Positions 10,596 to 19,245 of a DNA stretch of 64,000 nt are shown here, one piece after another (position 1 is the stretch's first letter; each line of letters starts with the position of its first letter). Both the position numbers and the translations under genes were made by a program. The stretch covers positions 133,879 through 197,878 of the forward strand of contig CAWATG010000001.1 of the NCBI GenBank assembly GCA_963785035.1, in the 5' to 3' direction. The notes under the pieces are model-generated. The model saw only the letters and a program-made list of their open reading frames with translations, was not told the DNA's origin and did not search any database. The stretch comes from an uncultured Acidimicrobiia bacterium. GTDB taxonomy: Bacteria > Actinomycetota > Acidimicrobiia > IMCC26256 > CAWATG01.

Positions 10596-12182
10596 TCAGG
10601 AGGACTGGGTGTCGCTCAAGTTGTCCGCCAGGTAATCCTCACGAAGGCGGCGTTTCAGCAGCTTTCCGTTGGGTAGACGTGGCAATTCGCGAAAGTCGAC
10701 GGTCCGGGGGCATTTGAAGCGTGCAATGCGTTCGCGGCAGAAGTCGATGAGTTCGGTGGCCAACTCCGGCGACGGTTCGATGCCGGCGGCGGGTTCGACG
10801 ACGGCCTTCACTTCCTCGCCCCATTCAGGGTTGGGTATGCCGATGACCGCTGCATCACCGACCGCAGGGTGAGCGAGCAATGCTGCTTCGACTTCTGCGG
10901 GGTAGACGTTGACGCCGCCCGAGATGATCATGTCGACTTTGCGGTCGCAGAGAAAGAGCCAGCCGTCGTCGTCGAGGTACCCGATGTCGCCGAGGGTCAC
11001 AGAGTTTCCGCGTTGCATGGCCTTGGTTTTCTCGGGGTCTTTGAAGTACTCGGGCGCGCCGAGGTTGCCCGTTGAGATGTAGACGAGACCGGGCGTGCCA
11101 GGTGGGCATTCGTGGTCGTCGTCGTCGAGAATGGTGATCGTGACGCCGTGGATTGCCTTGCCGACGGTGCCGGGTCGCTCCAACCATCGATGTGGTTTCG
11201 CGATCGCCGCGGCGACTTCTGTTCCGCCGTACGTTTCGTAGAGGACAGGCCCGAACCAGTCCATCATCTGGGCTTTTATCTCGACGGGACAGGGCGCGCC
11301 GGTGTGCAGGACGCTTTCGAGGGTGGAGACGTCGTACCGGTCGCGCACTTCTTTCGGCAGCGCTAGGAGGCGGTGGAACATGGTGGGCACCATCTGCGTG
11401 CTCGTGACGCGGTAGGTGTCGATGAGTTCGAGGGTGCGTTCGGCGTCCCAGGAATCCATGAGGACCAAGGTGTGGTCCATTTGGAGTGTGTTGACGGCGC
11501 CGAGGATGGGACCTGCGTGGTACATCGGCCCGCATACGAGGTGAACGCCAGGTTTGTCAACGCTGCCGCGCTGGATGCCGAACCCTTTGCAGGTGACCTC
11601 TGCGATCGTGACGGCAAGCTCGTCTGGATCTCCCGCAGGCCGGGGGCGACGGACGCCTTTGGGTCGTCCGGTCGTGCCCGAGGAGTACATCATCATCTGG
11701 CCTGCTGGGCGTTCGGTTGGGCGCGTGTCAGGCTGTGATGCGAGCAAATCGCTATACGGGCGGAATCCCGGCAGGAGTTCGCCGACGACGAAGCGTGCGT
11801 CGGGCGGACAGGTTGCGCCGCGTGCCGCGTCAGTGGCGATCGACCCCAAATGGGAGTGCGTGACGAAAGCCCGAGCTTCGCTGTCCGAGACGATGTAGGC
11901 GACTTCGGGCGCGGCGAGATGCCTGTTGATGGGCACGAAGTACAAGCCGCTCTGGTGCGCTGCGAAGTAGCACTCCAAGAACTCGGTGCAGTTCGGCAGT
12001 GCGGCCGCGATCGCGTCGTCGACTCTGAGGCCGAGGGCGTGGAGCCCATGGCTGACGCGATTGATGTTCGCTGCCAGCTCGCCGTAGGTCGTCGGAACGC
12101 CGTTCGGGTCGATGATGGCGACGTGATCGGGGTCTGTTGCGACGGTGTTCCAGAAACCTCGAGCCGTGGAGGGTCCTGTCAT
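10596..12182 (-). CDS. acyl-CoA synthetase (AMP-forming, FadD-like)
   Basis: 528-aa ORF with YSSGTTGRPKGV, YGGTE, GDIGYLDDDGWLFLCDRKVDMIISGGVNVYP and PNGKLLKR. Confidence 0.9.
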   Translation of the reverse strand: MTGPSTARGFWNTVATDPDHVAIIDPNGVPTTYGELAANINRVSHGLHALGLRVDDAIAAALPNCTEFLECYFAAHQSGLYFVPINRHLAAPEVAYIVSDSEARAFVTHSHLGSIATDAARGATCPPDARFVVGELLPGFRPYSDLLASQPDTRPTERPAGQMMMYSSGTTGRPKGVRRPRPAGDPDELAVTIAEVTCKGFGIQRGSVDKPGVHLVCGPMYHAGPILGAVNTLQMDHTLVLMDSWDAERTLELIDTYRVTSTQMVPTMFHRLLALPKEVRDRYDVSTLESVLHTGAPCPVEIKAQMMDWFGPVLYETYGGTEVAAAIAKPHRWLERPGTVGKAIHGVTITILDDDDHECPPGTPGLVYISTGNLGAPEYFKDPEKTKAMQRGNSVTLGDIGYLDDDGWLFLCDRKVDMIISGGVNVYPAEVEAALLAHPAVGDAAVIGIPNPEWGEEVKAVVEPAAGIEPSPELATELIDFCRERIARFKCPRTVDFRELPRLPNGKLLKRRLREDYLADNLSDTQSS

Positions 12183-12217
12183 TTCGGTCCTGTCATTTCC
12201 ATTTCGGTCCTGTCACT
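12173..12217. repeat. tandem 14-nt unit GGTCCTGTCATTTC (two full copies, a 6-nt partial, then GGTCCTGTCAC)
   Basis: Read directly from the sequence. On the reverse strand the unit is (A/G)TGACAGGACCGAA. The copies carry the ACAD stop (TGA, 12213-12215), two mini-ORFs (ATG 12202 and ATG 12196) and the fadD-like start (ATG 12182). Confidence 0.85.
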
Positions 12218-13402
12218 TGGGATCGCGGGGCATTGCCAGCACTCGCTCGGAAATCATGTTGCGCATGATCTCCGAACTTCCTCCTGCGATCGTGAACGCA
12301 CGAGCGTAGAGAAACGCGTCTTGCCATCGGCCGCTGTCGAACGCACGCGGGTCGTCCTCGGTGAGGACCGAGTCGCTGTTCTGCAGCTCGAGGCCGAATT
12401 CGGCCATTGCGAGGTTCAGCTCCGAGAAGAACAGTTTGCCGATGGGTGCATCCGCGAGCGTCGGAGTTCCTCGCAGGTGATGGGTCATGGCAACGTAGCC
12501 GAGGCAGTTCGAGATCTGGACATGACTGTGCAGACGAGCAAGCGCCTGGCGGACGTCGGCGCTTTCATTGGCGGGAACTCCCGCGCGCCGGGTTCTCCGC
12601 GCCAGGTCGATCAGTTCGGTCATCAGGCCTTTGAGGCGGATTCCAGCGCTCGCGACGCCGAGCCGTTCGTGGACGAGGCTCATCGTTGTGACACGCCATC
12701 CGGCGTTCGGTTCACCGATGACGTTCTCGGCAGGTACGACGACACCATCGAGGAACACCTCGTTGAAATCCGAAGTACCGGTGATTTCACGGAGTGGGCG
12801 CACGTCAACGCCGGGTGAGGTCATGTCGAGCACAAAGGCGGTGATGCCGGCATGTTTGTCGACGTCGGGGTCGGTGCGGGCCAGGAGGTAGCCGAGGTTC
12901 GCGTGTTGGCCATTGGTCGTCCAGACCTTCTGGCCGTCGACGATGTACGAGTCGCCGTCGCGAACGGGCGCGGGTTTGGAGCGAGGCGAGGTCGCTGCCG
13001 GCGTTGGGTTCACTGAAAAGTTGACACCACAGGTCTTCACTCGTGCGGATACGCGGCAGGTATCGAGCCTTCTGCTCCTCGGTGCCAAACGACAACAGCG
13101 CCCCGGCGGCGAGGCCACCCGCACCGAGCGGGATCGGCGCGTCGGCACGGGCCATCTCCTCGGAGAGCACGAACTCTTCGAGTGGGTTGCGCCCCGGTCG
13201 GCCGCCCCACTCTTCGGGCCAGTCCGCCACCGAGGTATCCGCCTTCGTAGAGGTCACGGTTCCATTGACGTAACGCAGGGAGATCCTCGGGCTCGGGGGC
13301 GCGAACACCTCGACGGATGTTGATTTTGGGTGCGTGCTCGGCGATGAACGCTCGGGTGCGGATGCGGAACTCTTCGAGCTCGGGTGAGAGCGACAGGTCC
13401 AT
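12213..13402 (-). pseudogene. acyl-CoA dehydrogenase (FadE alpha-type), reading frame broken twice
   Basis: Three reverse frames join as MDLSLSPELEEFRIRTRAFIAEH...LYEGGYLG | VADWPEEWGGRPGRNPLEEFVLSEE...WCQLFSEPNAGSDLASLQTRA | VRDGDSYIVDGQKVWTTNG...AGGSSEIMRNMISERVLAMPRDPK. The extra bases lie near 13220 and 12966. Confidence 0.85.
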
Positions 13403-14358
13403 GGTCCCCCCAGAACCTTGGGCGCGGGCGCGCGGCGCGCACAGTGTGGCGGTCGCGGAGGCCGTTGGTCTCGACGACAGGCGTTGCTGTTGTGTCGGGA
13501 CACTACCTGGGGTTGCTGTGTTGTCGCTCGGGCGTCGTGGTGTGCGCTTCGCGCGCTTTCAACGTGTCGGCTCGGGTCCCGATAACCGGTTTCAAGTTTG
13601 AAGGCCGGGTGGAGGGTCTCCGAGGCGTCAGCCGCGGCCGGCCGGTCACGCGCGTTCACCTATGAGGCTGCGTCACGGTTGGTCCACACCGTCGAGACCG
13701 GTGCCACGCCCGCGGAGCGCAGGTATGCGTTCGACGCGAACGCAAGAGGTGATGGCAGGGCGGTGTCGGGCCGGGCCGCGACTCTCGAGATGCTTTCGCT
13801 GTTGGGGGCGTGTCGTGGCTCGTACAGTGACCGATATGGCCACCAACGCGATCACCGAGAATTTGGTGTTCGGCAATGCGTGTGGTGGTGAGGGGCCCTT
13901 GTATTCCAAGGACCTGACAACCGATGTGGTTTGCGCCTATCTGGGGTCGGTGAACTGCACGGGAACTACCGCGTCGTGGCCGATCAGTAATGCACATGGA
14001 GACAAGGTTGGTGTCAACTCTGCTGGTAGCGGACGAAGGTGTCGCGGACATGTCGCCGGAGCTTCGTTTCGCGCTTCGTGAGTCCGAGCGCACCGGTCGG
14101 GCTTTTGTGGTACCGCTCGACCTGACTCCCGACTGAGCGCACTTCGTGCCATGTCGACGTGCGGTCGTGCGGTCGTGCGGAGCGGTTCGGTAGCGTGCAC
14201 AGCGATGCACCGTTGGTGCTCGGCCCCGTTGTCCGGCTCGTCGTCGACGACCTGTTACCGGTCCGCAGCGCCGCCGTTGGGCGCTGGGCATCACCGTCGA
14301 GGAGCGCCGCGATCGGGAATGGTCGATGTGGGTCACGGATCCCGAGGAGTAACCATCG

Positions 14359-15230
14359 ATGAGTCGACGACCGTGGGACGAGGAACGCGATGCCGCGATG
14401 CTCATGTGCGCCCAGCTCGGCGGTGTCACGACGCAAGTCGACACCGGAGGAGGTCCGGAGCAACGGCACGACTTCGATCTCGAGCTCCCGGATGGCACGA
14501 CGGTCGCCGTCGAAGTCACGCGACACAACAATCCGACGAACCTCGCCGTGCTCTCGGAACTCCACAAGCGCGACTGGCACTTCCCCCAGCTGCGTAACGA
14601 CTGGATTGTCGACATGCGCCCCGTCTATAACGTCGGCGCAGTTCACCGCGAGATCGTCGGCCTCTTGCTCGCGCTCGAAACTGCGGGGGTCGGCGAACTG
14701 TTCATTCGTGGGGCCCTGTTCGACGACACCCTCGATAACGATGAACTCAATGATGACGAGCGTCAGGCTCGAGCAGACCTCCACCGAACCGGCACCGCGT
14801 AACCGCTGAGCGCCTACGTGATCTCGGGGCCCGCCAGGTCTACCGGTCGCTTGAGGCGGACGTGTACGGCGGTGTGGTCAACATGGGTGAGCACGTACCG
14901 ATAGTGTCGACCCGGCCGTCAACGGTGGTCGAGTTGGTCGAGCGCCACGCGGCGCTTCCCGACAACGTCAAGAAGCTCTGCGCGGCGGCTGGCCGGACTG
15001 AGCGGCACCTGTTCGTGTGGGTAGAAACATCCGCGCATTTCGCCGTCGCGGCGTTCAGCATTTCGAATGTCTTGCCGGATGGAGCAGGCCTTCCGGATCG
15101 AGCGCCTACCCTGCCGGACTGCGTCGACGCCGTGTGGGCCGTGACGGCCTATGACACCGCCCACATCTGGCAGTACCACCGTGCACACGGTTGGCGCGAC
15201 CTGGGAAGATGGTCGCGCCCGGAGGTCTAG
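14359..15230 (+). pseudogene. hypothetical ~290-aa protein with an N-terminal PD-(D/E)xK-like motif; one net -1 frame change (or two adjacent genes)
   Basis: ATG 14359 has GAGGAG 9 nt upstream. ORF 14359..14802 stops at TAA 14800. The frame of ORF 14862..15230 is open and protein-like from 14757 (..VTAERLRDLGARQVYRSLEADVYGG..) and has no start codon before 14862. HDFDLELPDGTTVAVEVTRH resembles the D...E-x-K strand pair of restriction-endonuclease-fold proteins. I recognise no family. Confidence 0.5.
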
Positions 15231-15769
15231 CTCGCCTTGGCCAACACGAACTCGCCCAGTAGTTGCGTCTCGTAGGCGCCCAGCACCGCCGCCATCTGTT
15301 CGTTTGGAATGGGTGACGGAAAAGTCGGTGGGGGTCCGGCGTGAGGTGTGGCCGAGCACCACTCGGGGAACGGCCGTGCGTAGTGGCTTTCGATGAATGT
15401 GCCCAGGGAATTGACGATAGGAATGCAGTGACAGGTCGACCTGGCCGAACGGTCGGGGGGGCGTGATCCTGGAGGCGGAGGAAGAGGTCCTTGACACGGC
15501 AGCGGCACTCGTCAACGCTGCGATTGGCAAGGACTTACTTGGCGATCAGGTCGGTCAAGTCCCCGCGGTGATCGATGCGGGCGTTCCGTCGCCGTACTCC
15601 GCGCCGATGCGTCGCTGAGCGCGGACGAAGGCACTGGCGTCCCACGCTCAGCCAGCGCGGTTCCCACATAGGCCCTGTTTGCCCGACTCGGGGCCCGTCT
15701 CGCTCGCTTTCTATGCCGGTACTGACCCACTGCTGTACAGTACGACCCTAGAAAGAGAGTGAGGTCCGT

Positions 15770-16648
15770 ATGGCATCGACTACCGCCACCGCCGACCGTC
15801 GAGTTCCAGGTTGGGCCGCACCCATCCTGACCCGGCTGTTCCAAGACCAGCCGCCCGTTGTGACTCGAGACGACATGGTGGCGCTCGTTGACGAACTCGA
15901 GTTGCCACGGCCAGCCGATTCCGTGGTTCGCGAGCTGCGGCGTATCGGGTGGCTGCAGCCGCTCCGAACGAAGGGTGTCTGGGCGGTCCTTCGCCCCGGA
16001 GAGGCGGCGCCGGCCGACCCGTACATTGAGCTCCGTGCCTGGCAGGCGGTGCATGAGGACGCCACGTTCGCGCTCGCCGGAGAACACGCTGCCTGGCATC
16101 TCGGTTACCTCAACCGCGCTCCGATAGGAAAGATTCGCGTCTGGGTGCCCCAGAGAACGGAGTTGCCGAAGGGACTACGCCAGGTCGCGTCCGTTGTGCG
16201 CGTCGCGTGGTCCGCCGAGGTAGTGGAACTGCTCGCGCCCAGGTTCGAGCTCCTCCGAAAACGTGGGCTCGACGTCGTCTCCTGGTCATCCGGGCTGCTG
16301 GCGTTCGGACCAGAAGCGCTCCTCGTTCAACTTGCGAACCGGCCCACGTCGTTCACGAATTGGGCTGATCTCGTCGAGCACCTCGCGGAACTCGTGAGCG
16401 ACATCGATTACGCGACCCTCACGCGCCTGCTCGCTGGTCAATCGACGCAGACCTGGCAGCGCCTCGCGTATCTCCTCGATGCCGGCGGCGATGAGCGAGC
16501 TGCTGCCCGATTGCTCACCGAGCTACCTGGCGAGTTCAAGGCGATCGTGTATTTCGGGGCCCGGGGCCCGGACGCGGTTTGGATTCCCCAGTTCCACGTA
16601 CTCGATCGTGTTGTCGCGCCACTGCTCGGCATCGTAGGCAAGGCGTAG
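15770..16648 (+). CDS. abiEi: AbiEi-type antitoxin / transcriptional regulator (type IV TA)
   Basis: 292-aa ORF with RBS GAGTGAGG. Its length and N-terminal winged-helix-like region fit AbiEi. Its stop is 4 nt before an AbiEii gene. Confidence 0.7.
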   Translation: MASTTATADRRVPGWAAPILTRLFQDQPPVVTRDDMVALVDELELPRPADSVVRELRRIGWLQPLRTKGVWAVLRPGEAAPADPYIELRAWQAVHEDATFALAGEHAAWHLGYLNRAPIGKIRVWVPQRTELPKGLRQVASVVRVAWSAEVVELLAPRFELLRKRGLDVVSWSSGLLAFGPEALLVQLANRPTSFTNWADLVEHLAELVSDIDYATLTRLLAGQSTQTWQRLAYLLDAGGDERAAARLLTELPGEFKAIVYFGARGPDAVWIPQFHVLDRVVAPLLGIVGKA

Positions 16649-16652
16649 TCCG

Positions 16653-17546
16653 ATGCCCGAGCGACTCACCGTCGCCCGCGTACGCCAGCACGCAGGCGGA
16701 CGGAACGAGACCTATGGCGCCGCCCTCCTCGATATCGCGCAAGACCACCTGTTGTGGTATCTCGAGCGGGCCGACTACTTCGGCAAAGATCTGGTCTTCA
16801 AGGGCGGCACGAGCCTGCGCAAGTGCCGCTTGGGCCCAGCAGGCCGGTTCTCGACGGACATCGATCTCGTAGCACCAGACGAGGGCGTCGTTCTCGACGT
16901 GTGCGACGCAATCGACGACGCCCGCGTTGCGGGCTTCTCGTTCAGATTGACGAGCACGCGAGGCGACGGTCGGCATTGGAGCTTGCAGGTCACGCACGAC
17001 GAACTCGGGACGCCGGCCATTGCCTCAAGCGTCGAGTTCGCCCGTCGGCCGCTGATCCTGCCGCCTGAGAGGCTCGGCTTTGTGCCGCTTCCGGTCCATC
17101 GCTCGTATGCCGATGGCGTCGAGCTGCCGCAGTTGCCAGTCATCGCGGAACCCGAGGCGTGCGCCGAGAAGCTCGCACGCTATCGCCGCCTGCGCCTTGG
17201 CCGCGACGCGTACGACCTCGACAAGTTCGGGCAACGGCCGATGTCGGAGGAGCTCGTTCGGCGTCTATGGGTGTTGAAAGTGTGGTGCGACTTCGTTGAT
17301 GACAACAGAGGCGACCGGCCGTTGAGGCCCCAAGATGTGCTGCAGCCACGGCGCGCACAGGATTTCGTACCCGACTCGCTCGGTATCCTGATCCACTCGG
17401 TCGATCTCGACGCGATCGCTGCGCGTATCCAGCGACGCTATGGCTTCCTCGCCGAACTCGACGATGAAGAAGCGCGGTGGGCCGCATGCGACCAACGCCA
17501 CCGTGGCGAGATCTTTCGGGCTATCGCCGCTGGTGGCTTTAGCTGA
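16653..17546 (+). CDS. abiEii: AbiEii/AbiGii nucleotidyltransferase toxin (DUF1814)
   Basis: 297-aa ORF with the signature LVFKGGTSLRKC...GRFSTDIDLV and a later GRDAYDLDKF. Confidence 0.85.
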   Translation: MPERLTVARVRQHAGGRNETYGAALLDIAQDHLLWYLERADYFGKDLVFKGGTSLRKCRLGPAGRFSTDIDLVAPDEGVVLDVCDAIDDARVAGFSFRLTSTRGDGRHWSLQVTHDELGTPAIASSVEFARRPLILPPERLGFVPLPVHRSYADGVELPQLPVIAEPEACAEKLARYRRLRLGRDAYDLDKFGQRPMSEELVRRLWVLKVWCDFVDDNRGDRPLRPQDVLQPRRAQDFVPDSLGILIHSVDLDAIAARIQRRYGFLAELDDEEARWAACDQRHRGEIFRAIAAGGFS

Positions 17547-17548
17547 CA

Positions 17549-17884
17549 TCACTGCCGTCCGCGCAGCGACGGCTGGGCGGACTCCATTGCTGCTCGGATG
17601 GCGGATTTGGTCGATGCCACGGATGCCTCTCGGGCCCTTGGACAGTCGATCGACACGACGGGATTCGGTATTCGGGTATACGCGAACTCCGAAGGAGGGC
17701 CTGATGTCCCGGACCACGGCCGGTGAGATGCGAGCCCTCGGTACAGACGTTGGAGGAGGCGGTCGTAGGCGAACTGACGTTGGAGCTGCGGCAGGCGCGA
17801 GCGACCCTCTTTCTCCAGGTCGCGGAGCCGGTCGGTCAGCGCATGGCGGAAGGCGGCCGGGCTCATGTGGCGCTGCTCGGTCAT
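17549..17884 (-). pseudogene. truncated AbiEii-like toxin remnant (111 codons)
   Basis: ATG 17884 overlaps the upstream abiEi stop (ATGA). The first ~48 residues (MTEQRHMSPAAFRHALTDRLRDLEKEGRSRLPQLQRQFAYDRLLQRLY) look like an AbiEii N-terminus. I could not find a KGG...S-x-D-x-D core in any reverse frame. The ORF ends 2 nt from the stop of the convergent abiEii. Confidence 0.5.
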
Positions 17885-18630
17885 CGTGGCGGTCCTGTCC
17901 GGGGGGTCGCCGCGGCGCGCATGCGCTTCGGCGCGTTGCCGGATCCGTCGGCGTCGTTCCCACGCGCTTCGTTCATCCAGACCTCGGTCTTGGGGTCGTC
18001 CACGAGATCGAGGAGCCACCGAAGGAGTGCGAGCCCGTCCCAGCGCCGTAGCCCGAAACGCGTGGCGAACGGCGCCAGAGCGTCGGCGAACGTCCCCGGA
18101 TAGTCGAAGACGGCACGGATGGCGTCGGCAACGAGCTGCGCGACCGCGCCTGGGTCTTCTCCGTCCAGGAGTAGATCGGATGCGATCCTCGAAGGGCAGG
18201 TCACCAGGAGGCCGCGCATGCTGATCCACTCGCCGTCGCGAAGCGGTCGGACATGGAGCCGCACATCGTTGCGTCGGGTCTGACGGCGGCTCGGCACCGT
18301 GAACTCGTGAACGTCGGCCGGCAGGTTCCCGAGGCCGTATATCTCCGCGCCCGAGCGGTGGGAGACGACACCGTCGTCCGATGTCCGCACCCATGCAGGC
18401 GTCTCCGGGGCGAGTTGAAGCCACGCGGCGCGCAGCTCGACGTGATCGGGCGTCGGTGCGCCCCGTAGGCGGTACACGCCGTGGGCGATCCGTTCGAGGT
18501 TTCCCTTCCGAACGAGCCGCGTCATCGTTGCCTGCGAGAGGCCGCCATCCTGGGCTTGCCTGCGCGTCACGAGACCCCACTGGTCCTCTGCGAAGTGCGA
18601 GAGGCGTGCGAGAGTGTCCCGCGTGGCCAT
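17881..18630 (-). CDS. abiEi: AbiEi-type antitoxin / transcriptional regulator (second copy)
   Basis: 249-aa ORF. MATRDTLARLSHFAEDQWGLVTRRQAQDGGLSQATMTRLVRKGNLERIAHGVYRL is an AbiEi-type N-terminal HTH. Confidence 0.78.
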   Translation of the reverse strand: MATRDTLARLSHFAEDQWGLVTRRQAQDGGLSQATMTRLVRKGNLERIAHGVYRLRGAPTPDHVELRAAWLQLAPETPAWVRTSDDGVVSHRSGAEIYGLGNLPADVHEFTVPSRRQTRRNDVRLHVRPLRDGEWISMRGLLVTCPSRIASDLLLDGEDPGAVAQLVADAIRAVFDYPGTFADALAPFATRFGLRRWDGLALLRWLLDLVDDPKTEVWMNEARGNDADGSGNAPKRMRAAATPRTGPPR

Positions 18631-18730
18631 AGTGACTGCGTAATAGCTCAGATATAGCGACTTCGCAGTACTGCTTGCCCATAGTGCTGCGAACTAGCTC
18701 ACTTACGTGCTGCTTCGCAGTATTCTGTCC
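18629..18730. promoter_or_regulatory. two tandem ~51-bp units, each an inverted repeat (CTGCGAA-N20-TTCGCAG): candidate AbiEi operator pair
   Basis: Unit A (18629-18680) is ATAGTGACTGCGTAATAGCTCAGATATAGCGACTTCGCAGTACTGCTTGCCC. Unit B (18681-18730) is ATAGTGCTGCGAACTAGCTCACTTACGTGCTGCTTCGCAGTATTCTGTCC. Unit A abuts the abiEi start codon. Confidence 0.6.
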
Positions 18731-19245
18731 AATCGGGGAGGGACCATATCAATACGTGCAGTCCGATCAGCATCGGCCACACCGATGCACCGTCGTGCTC
18801 TGTTGGGACCCTCGTATTCGTGGGAGCTTTGGCTGGTGGATCTTCGGAGGCGCGCGTGACGCGCCGCGATGAGTATCACAGTCAGATGTACGGCATGAGT
18901 AGGCGCGAGTTCGGCGCGCGTATCGCGTGGGCTTCTCGGCGCACGAGACGACGTGTCATGTCCGTTGCGAAGCGTGGGCGCAAGAGACGGGCTCGGAAGG
19001 AGCGACACCCGTGTTTGATTTCGGTGCCACCTACCCCCCCCGAATTCGACGCCGACGCTTCGATGCTCGGGTGTCCTCGCCGACGACGCGTCGCTCCGTG
19101 TTGAGATTCGCGTCGAGTGGTCCAGCTCGCGCCCTGAACTCGCCGACCACCGGACACCAACGGTCCTGTCGACGATTGAGGGCGATCGCTGGCTGCACGG
19201 CCTGCACCACTCGTACGGTGGTTCGTGGCCGCGGCATGAACCACG

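Noticed and set aside
13586-13610. Interrupted palindrome ACCGGTTTCAAGTTTGAAGGCCGGG, about 190 nt upstream of the ACAD start. I considered it as an operator or terminator.
   Set aside because: It is a single occurrence, far from any start codon, at the edge of the island, and I found no matching site elsewhere in the window. The evidence is insufficient.
14151-14362. ORFs immediately upstream of ATG 14359, including one ending in an ATGA overlap with it and a frame reading ..LGITVEERRDREWSMWVTDPEE.
   Set aside because: The overlapping ORFs are Arg/Ser-rich and have no plausible start. The protein-like frame has no start codon after its upstream TAG. These are most likely untranslated leader sequence.
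15227-15769. Reverse-strand fragments such as ..NSLGTFIESHYARPFPEW..IPNEQMAAVLGAYETQLLGEFVLAKAS (ORF 15227..15508) and ..AWDASAFVRAQRRIGAEYGDGTPASITAG.., which might be the missing C-terminal part of the truncated AbiEii or another gene.
   Set aside because: The pieces lie in frames that cannot be joined by the +1-insertion pattern. They contain a 7-G run and internal stops, and I recognise no family signature. This is probably gene debris. Only the last ~60 codons look protein-like.
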